From NCBI GenBank assembly GCA_034780895.1, contig JAUZTB010000098.1, positions 89,120,201-89,184,200 on the forward strand: a stretch of 64,000 nucleotides of DNA. Reading direction: 5' to 3'. A program made the translations under genes and the position numbers. How positions within the stretch are numbered: position 1 is the first letter of the stretch; the number at the start of each line of letters is the position of its first letter. The stretch is from Rhynchobatus australiae (Eukaryota). Below the pieces are notes generated by a model that was given only the letters and a program-made list of their open reading frames with translations, had not been told where the DNA came from and did not search any database. Positions 22,808-32,000 of the stretch are shown in pieces.

Positions 22808-25800
22808 CGGGGGTACACGATGCAGTTGTTCGGTCGGGGGCAGTCACACACATTGCGTGGCCAGGTATCCTTTGCTTTTTCATATATGCTACCCATGCAT
22901 TTCGTGGACGATTTTATTTTCTTCATACTGTACCAGGACAGTCCAATTCGGAGAATATGTTTGTTTCCGTGCATTAGTTAGCTGCAGTCTCTTCTTCACT
23001 CATGTTTCATACATAAAGAATTTTAAAAAAAACGACTTCAGACCCGTAGGCGACTTTATTGAGCTGTAATGTCAAAAAACACTTATTGTATCTCCATGAG
23101 TCTCAATCGCTACAAAAAATATCAGGTTTGTGGGAATCATACAGAGTTTCACATTGCATAGCAGTTCTCAGAGAAAGTAGGTATTGATTTTCAGTTTAAG
23201 ACTGTTGTTCTCTCTATTTGTCCTTCCAAAATGAATTGCGTAAGTTCTGCACATATTCATTACATTTAAATACTATATCTCAATGCCCGCCGCACTTCTA
23301 ATTAACTTGATCTTTTACANNNNGTCTTTTTTTTTCTCGAGTTTAGACTGAAGTTTATTTTTACAGCATTGGATCAACTCATATTTGCATGCCTAACGCA
23401 CATCGAAATGTAGTTCACACAACCAACCAGAGCAGACTGAGATTTTATCAGATTTCGAGCTATGGGAACAAAGAGGCTGACTTAAGAATAAGCAAATAAA
23501 TCTATCCAGCCAGCACATTGTATTTTATACAACGAAACTTCTGCACAAACTTGTACAATTATCAATTTATAACGTACTTTTGAAACATCACTTCTGCTTC
23601 GATTTGTTCTTGCTACTTAAAAATGGTGAATTCAGCGCTTATTAACTGCTTAATAAATGCATGAAATGATGCAAAATGCAAAGACTCGAACAGTAGTGTA
23701 TGTACGTACACACACGCAAGGGCAGCATGTGACATGCCAATAAGTAACCTTAGAAGACTAATTTATTTTCATTTAATTGGTATTGTTTGCTATATACCTT
23801 ATTAAAACGGGGAAAATATAGTGCTTGTACAATCATCAATACAAGCAGCGGTGTGGGTCTCCAGTCCCCGGTCTGTGACCCTGCGAATAAACACTCATTA
23901 AAAATGTTAGAGTTTGGAATTTTCCCATCCAAAGCAGCAGCAAATCATTGCCAGCTGCCCTCATTCAAACAGTAGGAGAGTTTCGATATTTTTGTGTATT
24001 TGTACAGAACGTTTACAGTAAATGTTCTGAACTAGAATTACGTGCTACGGAATGGTGACACGGACACAGGAAGGATGGGACTGCCTTCGACGCACTCTTC
24101 TGATCCATGGCAACTATTTTCCCCAGAATTTTCCTTTGTTGCAATTTTAGGCTTCTGTGTTCAAGATGCAGAAATATTACTCGTCTTTTACATATAGTAA
24201 AGACAATTAAATCACTGGAATGAAACAATTTGGACATTTACATCTTGTTAACTTTCAGTTTAACAAAATCTGTCATTTTTTTGCAATTAAACTACTTGCT
24301 CCATTAAACTTAAATTGTCGCCGAGTGTCGAGTTTACACCGTGTGTAAATTTCTCCGGTAGACCGTATCAAATACAAATAAAGTGTTAAGGATACCAAAA
24401 CATGGCAGGAATATAAATCCTTACTTTCACTTGCGTGTTACCATGCCACACAGCGTACGGTTGCCTGGTCAAACTCGAGTTCATATTTGCATTAACACGT
24501 CCATGTAATATTGTATCACAATAAGGAATGATATAAAATAAAACTAAATAAATTTAAAGGATGTAGCTAATGGTATCCAAATAAAAAGATCTGGGAGGAG
24601 GAATGAAATGCAAACATTTCCGAACAACCTGCGTGCTGCAGATTTTCTTTTGTAAGATGAAACAAGTCAAAAGAATATTTTGAACTTCGACTAAATGCAA
24701 TTTCATAAGATCTGCGCTTTTAAACATGTCAGTTGCACCGAAAATAATCGGACCATATAATTAATAAAACAGAAGGGACAAGCAGACGAGATTCCATTCC
24801 AAATATATTTTTGACTGCAGAGAGAATGTGATAGAGACAGGATTATGAACTCTTTTTTTTACTGTACAAATAGCCTAAGGTGGAACCAAGTTCATTTAAG
24901 GGTCTTCATGTGCGGAAAATGGCCCAAAGAACATGTCAGGTCCACCTGCAGATTCCCAGCAAGAACACAATGAATTGCATTGTGCCCACGCAGTAGATTC
25001 GCTTCGAAAGCAAAACCACACTCAACGAGGAGCGGAATTAAAACCATTCCAGGCAAGGCGATTACAAAACATAGCCACATGCATCCATGAGAATGTAGGT
25101 TCACACTGGACCCAAGCTGCCTACAATATACCGTGCACTTGTTTATTGATCTGCTTTGACATTCGATGATATTTGCAATTATAATAGCTGGATGTCTCAA
25201 GTTTTCCTTACGATTAGAAACGAATGGTGATACTCATACTGTCATGTTTCCGGGATTTTTTTTTCCCCTCTCTGATTGGGACACAGCAACCTGATGCGAT
25301 GAATTACAAATAAATCCTGGGGATGAGCTGGAGTTTGCGATGGATAGATTCCATCGTTGACAGGTTCACCCTTATTGGAAATATTTCGATTACAGGTGTG
25401 AGGTAGCGCAGAACTCAGTAACTGCACGGTTTCAATTATGACCCACAGAACCTCGGGTTCCAGGTGCAGAGTATAAATTAATTTCTAGGTATATCTGGTA
25501 TGAGACGGCTTTGTAGGGTAGTGGAATGGAACTGCTTTGTCTCTTAAACCATCTCCTCTTTGATTTTGCAGAATGCTGTGCAAGCTATGATGTCGGAGAG
25601 AGTATTTTGACACAATGACCCTGATACCAAATATTAACGAGTATATTTTAATGATAGGGCGCCAGTCTTCATATCAACGAGCGAAGCAACCCGTTGTTGT
25701 CAGAGTGGTTGCAAGCATAGAGCTTTATACTCCTGGATTTCTCTAAAATTTAAATAATAACAAAGACGATTAAATAATTCACCGTCCGCGACCTGTTGTT

Positions 25801-26729
25801 TGATATCTAACGAAATTGCCCAGGGGTGTGACTAGTCGCGAACACATTCTAGGTGTGATTTGAGAGTCCAACGAAGGACACCACAACCTCTGGGAATCAC
25901 ACTTGCCTCTCACAGCCTGCCACAATCCCGTTTGGCCCAAGGAGAGGGAGAACAAATCCGTTTTACACGTCTGCAAATGGTATCACACTCAGGAGTTTCG
26001 AAATAGATTGAACTACAGTAGCCACCCAGACCGTTTACTGCCGCATCCCGCTGTTTGAGCTGTATCTTCACATTTCATCTACTTCAAAAATAAGTGCTGC
26101 AGATTTTAGCACGAGTTTGGAGAGTTATTGCCGTTTTGTGCTGATTCCCGTGTTGCGGTGTGAAAGATTCTGTAAGAGTCAGTCGTGCAGACACACACCA
26201 CACCTCAATGCACAGGCAGATTCCACTCTTCACACTAAAACCTGCCACAGTGCCACTTGCTTGTTAAAAGGTTAAGAAAGAGCTTTATCTCTGATTGAAG
26301 AGATGGTTCATCTACGAAATATTCTTTTAAACTAAGCAAAGACATATATTGTTTATTAATAAACTTTTAAATGAGGTCTAGAGGTTTGTTTGTGTGCTGT
26401 GCCCAGCGTGTTTATTTTACCTGTGGTACACTATCCTATTTTCTTATTGTCGTTTTAACACTGGCCGGACTCAAAGTATTTATGTGAATAATGTATAAAG
26501 GTATTCTCTTTATTTTCTTTCTTGCGTCACTTTATAAATCAGGGTTAGCAAAAGTGGTTCCCTCGTCTTTAAAAGTCCTACTCAAAGTGGCTCAATAAAA
26601 AGGGGGAAGCAATGGAAGTGGAGAATGGGGGTGAAATGCCCAGAAAGGGGACATTGTCTTTTGAAGCGTCGTGCCTTTGGTGCTGAACTGGGGGCTGGTG
26701 TTAGAAGTGGGATGAGGCATTGAGACGCC

Positions 26730-26945
26730 CTGTTCCGCGGAGGGGCGGTAGCTCCTTCAATTGGATACTGATGCCTCGGGGAGGGGCTGCGGCTGAGTAA
26801 AAAAAAACTAACTGCGTAAAAGTCTTGTCAAGTGACGGATGCTCAAAGTTTAGAAGTTTTTCTATTCAGTCTGCCACCCCGCGGAAAGAAAGAGAAAAAA
26901 ATATATATATATAAAAGTTTAGAGCGAAGAGTTAGACTCCGGTGC
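26730..26945 (+). promoter_or_regulatory. FOXC1 core/proximal promoter
   Basis: GC box GGGGCGG at about 26742-26748, reverse CCAAT (ATTGG 26760-26764), GGGGAGGGG at about 26778-26787, and TATAAAAG at 26910-26917, about 190 nt before the ATG. The TSS near 26940 is inferred. Confidence 0.65.
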
Positions 26946-26963
26946 AACTTGGAAAAGTTTGGA

Positions 26964-26994
26964 TTTCTCTCTCTCCCTCTCTTCTACTGTGTGT

Positions 26995-27049
<55 letters not shown>
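26964..27049. repeat. Compound (CT)n-(TG)n-(GA)n microsatellite in the inferred FOXC1 5' UTR
   Basis: Direct inspection; it lies between the TATA box and the ATG. Confidence 0.9.
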
Positions 27050-27103
27050 GGTACTTCAACGGGGGAGGACCAGAAGTTAAGCTTCGCAAGGCGGAAGGCA
27101 GCG

Positions 27104-28525
27104 ATGCAAGCTCGCTACTCGGTGTCGAGTCCCAACTCTCTGGGAGTTGTACCTTACATCAGCGATCAGAATTACTACCGAGCGGGTCCGGGATACACGG
27201 GAATGCCGGCCCCAATGAGTATGTATTCGCATCCAGCCCACGAACAGTACGCCACCGGCATGCCTAGACCTTACGGACACTATACTCCCCAGCCCCAGCC
27301 CAAGGACATGGTGAAACCTCCGTACAGTTATATCGCCCTGATTACTATGGCCATCCAGAACGCGCCGGACAAGAAGATCACTCTGAACGGGATCTATCAG
27401 TTCATTATGGAGCGGTTCCCCTTCTACCGGGAGAACAAGCAAGGCTGGCAGAACAGTATCCGCCACAACCTCTCGCTCAACGAATGCTTCGTCAAAGTGC
27501 CCCGCGATGACAAGAAGCCGGGCAAAGGCAGCTACTGGACTCTGGATCCGGACTCTTACAACATGTTCGAGAACGGCAGCTTCTTGAGGAGGAGGAGGCG
27601 CTTCAAGAAGAAGGACGCCATCCGGGAGAAGGAGGAGAAGGATCGGCAGAGCAAGGAGCCGCAGCCCAGGCAGCAGGCTCAGGAGCCCGAGAAAGCCGCC
27701 AACTCTCAGCCCATGAGGGTACAGGAAATTAAGACGGAGAACGGCGCGCCGTCCCCTCCCCTGGCCGCTTCCCCCACGCTCAGCATGGTGCCGAAGATCG
27801 AGAGCCCCGACAGCAGCAGCCTGTCCAGCGGCAGCCCCCACAGCATCCCGTCCAACAGGTCGATGAGCCTGGACAACCCCGAGCACCACCCGCAGGCCTT
27901 CAGCGTGGAGAACATGGTCACTTCTGTCAGGCGCTCGCCGCACAGCGCCGGCGAGCTCAGTGCAAGCCTGGTCGCTTCTTCCAGGACAGGTATAAGCCCC
28001 TCTATATCCCTCAGTTACACGTCCAGCCAGCCGTCCATCTACAGCTCTTCCTGCAGCCAGAACATGAGCTCCGGGGCCAGCGGCGGCGGTTGCGCCGCCA
28101 CCTACCACTGCAACATGCAGGCGATGAGCCTCTACTCCGGGGACAGAGCCGCTCACATGCCGGCCAGCGTTAGCGCCGTGGACGAGACTTTACCAGACTA
28201 TTCCATCCCCACCACCACCGTCCCCTCCTCCTTAACCCATGGGCTGAGCAACGGCCAGGAGGGACCTGGAGCTGGGCGCCTGGCCACTTGGTACCTCAAT
28301 CAGGCCAGTGATCTCAGTCATCTGGCTGGCAGCGCGTACCCGGGCCAGCAGCAGAACTTCCATGCGGTCCGAGAAATGTTTGAATCGCAGAGGATCGGCC
28401 TGAGCAACTCCGCCGTCAGTTCCGCACATGTCAATGGGAATAGCAGCTGCCAGATGTCCTTTCCTGCGGCCCAGACACTTTATCGCACTTCAGGTTCGTT
28501 TATCCATGACTGCAGCAAATACTGA
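27104..28525 (+). CDS. FOXC1: Forkhead box protein C1 (single exon, 473 aa)
   Basis: Intact ORF from ATG 27104 to TGA 28523-28525. N-terminus [18 protein letters not shown]; forkhead domain (about 27314-27610) [31 protein letters not shown]...[35 protein letters not shown]...[10 protein letters not shown]; FOXC1-type [23 protein letters not shown] and C-terminal [11 protein letters not shown]...LYRTSG. Convergent GMDS downstream matches the established FOXC1 synteny. Confidence 0.97.
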   Translation: MQARYSVSSPNSLGVVPYISDQNYYRAGPGYTGMPAPMSMYSHPAHEQYATGMPRPYGHYTPQPQPKDMVKPPYSYIALITMAIQNAPDKKITLNGIYQFIMERFPFYRENKQGWQNSIRHNLSLNECFVKVPRDDKKPGKGSYWTLDPDSYNMFENGSFLRRRRRFKKKDAIREKEEKDRQSKEPQPRQQAQEPEKAANSQPMRVQEIKTENGAPSPPLAASPTLSMVPKIESPDSSSLSSGSPHSIPSNRSMSLDNPEHHPQAFSVENMVTSVRRSPHSAGELSASLVASSRTGISPSISLSYTSSQPSIYSSSCSQNMSSGASGGGCAATYHCNMQAMSLYSGDRAAHMPASVSAVDETLPDYSIPTTTVPSSLTHGLSNGQEGPGAGRLATWYLNQASDLSHLAGSAYPGQQQNFHAVREMFESQRIGLSNSAVSSAHVNGNSSCQMSFPAAQTLYRTSGSFIHDCSKY

Positions 28526-29025
28526 CAGAAACGTTTACAAACTATTTTATTTTTTGTTTCTTTAATACACAAGCAACAACAGCCTGGGTTTATATATCTA
28601 TTTCATATATGTATATAAACAGAAAACAAATTCCATTTGAAATTTGAGTAAAAGGAAAGTGTTACTCCAAATGAAACGTAAGTTACTTTTATTTTGGGGG
28701 ATAAACGTTGTCTAAAATATTAAAAAAGTGTGTGTCAAATTTATTAAAATTCATAGCAAGCTTACTTGAACTTGTTATAAATTGTCTTATAGTAATTTAT
28801 TTTAATTTGTAGTAGGAAATTCCTTTTGAAACATGGACCAAAGTCCCCGAAGTGTTCTCGTTAACTCGAAAGGCTCCCTCAGATGTTTTGTTTTCTCGAT
28901 GTTACACTTTCCATTATAAAAAGGGAAACTGTATTACGCGACTTTCTTCTTTCTCCTTTTATTGAAAGTATTCTGAAGGCGTTGCATTGTTTGTTTATAA
29001 ATAAATTACGATTCGATGCGAGTGC
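28526..29025 (+). other. FOXC1 3' UTR with candidate polyadenylation signal AATAAA (29000-29005)
   Basis: AT-rich sequence after the stop codon, an AATAAA hexamer, and two 8-mer miRNA seed matches (see findings). Confidence 0.55.
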
Positions 29026-32000
29026 TAACCATGTCTATTGTAAACTAGAATCATCGGTGTATCGACTTTTGCTTTACAACTTCTGGTTCGACCATTGATA
29101 GAGAGCTTGCATCTCTGCACTGCGAATGTAGGAAGACAAAATAAGTTGCTAGTTAACTGGATAAGAATTGAAGTAGGTATATGTGGCCGCCCAAACATTC
29201 CAACCTCAAATTGTGTCGGTTTAGNNNNNGGTTTAGAGGGGGAAATGTACGTGTGGTATGCGAAACGTTGCACTGAAGCAAAGAGGAAGGTGTCCAATGC
29301 CAAATGTGTGCACGTATCTTGAGCCATAGTTGACATTTAGGATAAAACGGTCCCTTATCGACTCTGCTATCTAACGACAGCAATTAGCCAATAATTGCAA
29401 TTGATTTCTTGCTTGATTGATGCCAAATTAGAGCAATCAGGCGGCGATTTAAAGACACAATAATCTCTTGTGGACTCTTTTATAAAAATTGACATCAAAC
29501 TCACACGACGGTTTGTTGTGTTTCAATAAATCCACCGCTTCTTGAAGGCGGTATCGGAATGCACAAAGTTGATTGCCCAGCTAACTTGTTGTGAAGTCGT
29601 AGCGGAGGGTTGCCATTTTTTTCACATTTTATTGCCAATTGCGCTACCGACCTGATGTATGATGTTTACTAAATGGATACAAAGATTGCGGAAAGACAGA
29701 GTTGCTTACAATGGCGATTTCTAAGCTCGCTGTTTTCATTCTGCTATATTTATATATTAAACAAATAATATTCTGGTAAATTGGAAACTTGTTTTAATTA
29801 CCAAATATTTAGTATGAAGTTGACAACCTGTTCTTGCCTTAAATTCACCGCATCCAAGAACATTCTCAGGAATGTTCCCATTATTTCATTATGGGAATGT
29901 TTACTTTTAAAGTTGCACTATTCGGAATCTTTTCAATTGACTCATGCTGAAATTCTCCCTACCGGTAGCCGGTTGACCAGTCACAGTCATTTTCCCCCTT
30001 CGTCCCCCTCCTAAGATAAAATATACTCAAGTTGACTTGATAGCACCTTCCCGGCCTACACGGGATGGATTAATCTGAACCTTTATATTTAGGTGAAGAT
30101 CACGGGGAGATCGATTTTACTTTAGAAATCCAAGACAGTTTTAACAGTGTTTTAAACACCAAATCTTCTTGACTTGCAGTTCTGTTGTCAGGCTGGCACT
30201 GATTGATAATGTTACCAGAATTATTTTATCCTTTGTGGAACCACAGTCAGGTAGGGCCTAGCCAGTGATGGTCCTCTGTAGTTTCTAGTAACCTGCGCGC
30301 ATTAAGATTTAAACAAAGCCCAATCTGGAAATACTAAAGTAATGCTACTGCTCCAGAGAGACAGGATTTTGAATTAGCAGCCGACACTGCAGAACATCAC
30401 CCCTGCCTCCTTACCCAAGCCCACAATGCATAGCAGTCACCAAATATCAAAGTGAATGAAGCACTGCTCTTTTGGATTTCAGTGTATCTAATCTTTTATG
30501 TTGGAACTTGGAAGCACTTGTTTCACGAAGGCCGCAGCTTTAAACCATATTCTTGTATTGTTTGGGGGAACATCTATTTGACACCGCGCATCAGCTAAGT
30601 GGAGAACATTACATTAACCAACAGGCCTCCCAGACAACACACAAGAGTATTAGCAGCAGCAAGATTTACTGAGCTCACATTGTACCTTATTAGGGCTGGC
30701 TGAGAGTTGACTAGACATTTAAAGAAGAAACCCTGGGAGACAGTTCCCTCGCCCCGCAATTCCTGCACCATTAAACAAATATTTTCAATGTTATTATAGA
30801 TCAGCACTGCCATACAAAAAAAAATGCTCAGTGATACTTGAAGCATGATCTACTTTGGAGATAATTGGACTGTTAAATTAAAATTGGCTACAAAATCCAA
30901 CTGCCTCTTTTGCAGGACAATTAATTTGCTTGAACTAACGTGATTGAGGTCATTGAGATAGGCCTGTGTAATGTGATCACTTTGGCCTAATCGAGTTCTA
31001 TTAGACACGGAGCCGCTCTGTGATTAACTGTTTACACACCATTCCTATAGTTTGTTTAAAATGCACACGTGTGTTTTAAGAACCGAAAAATAGTTGTAGA
31101 GTTGAAACAGATTTCGTTCCTGACGTTTCGTAGGTAGCAGACACAACTAGATGCTTTATTTTAATTACGATGAACGTCCTATTTCATTTGTGATTCGATT
31201 ATGTTTGAATTTTCGTTTATGTTGTTGATATAATTTAAAAATGATGAACACCGACATTAGCTGAAGTACGTTCGATTCTGGATATATATGGAAACATAGT
31301 TATACCATATTCCTCATAATGAATAATCTCCAGGGATTGATAGTAACTAATAGCACCAGTTTGAACAGAGGAAAGCATTTCTTACTGTATGCAAAGCAAA
31401 TTTAAATCTCAAATTAATCCTTGCATTTCAAGTTAACCACCAGGCCAAGTTAAACCTTACCTTGTAAGCATTATTCAGTTCAATTAATGGACAGTGCTGA
31501 AATGCAATAAATAGGCCTTGTGATTAAAAGTTGGTTTCCTTTGGGAGAAAACACGCCAAATGTATAATAATAATATGTAATCCACTACCGTTTTCAAAAT
31601 GTATGTGGGCGAAGAAAGGAAACGATTATATCTTAGTAATATACCAAAAAATCCCAAGTCCTGTAATTGTGTGTTTAATTCTATAAAACGAATTGAGAAT
31701 ATAGTTAATCCATTTTAATCAAAACTCAAATATTAATGTTTGGAATGGCTGTTAAGTTTATTTTTAAATATACAAATTCATTTTGCATATTAGGCAACAC
31801 TCGAAGTATATCACGGCCAGGATGCCGGCGACGATTTCGAGTAATGGGATGGAACGTCGATAACGACTGTAAATATGCAATGATAGGTTCATCGCTAACT
31901 TGCTATTCTTAAGGACTTTTATTTAACGATAGCTTCATTTCTAACGATAGCTAAAAACTAAAACAATCGCCAGTAGTGTATGAACCATTGAATTAAAAAT

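Noticed and set aside
24466-24485. Retinoic acid response element (TGGTCA-N6-AGTTCA)
   Set aside because: The spacer is 6 nt and the first half-site is off consensus, so it is not a DR1/DR2/DR5.
1-27000. FOXF2, FOXQ1 or another coding gene upstream of FOXC1
   Set aside because: No second forkhead domain or other non-TE protein motif appears in the six-frame track; these cluster genes presumably lie outside the window.
27077-28156. 359-aa antisense ORF overlapping FOXC1
   Set aside because: It is a shadow frame produced by the GC3-rich codon usage of FOXC1, with no recognisable domain or independent signals.
27104-28525. Calling the gene FOXC2
   Set aside because: Most diagnostic residues and the convergent GMDS neighbour indicate FOXC1; FOXC2 lies next to FOXL1/MTHFSD.
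31924-31952. Short direct repeats (TAACGATAGCT x2; also TGATGTATTTTCA x2 at about 58721)
   Set aside because: Consistent with ordinary slippage microduplication; no further structure.
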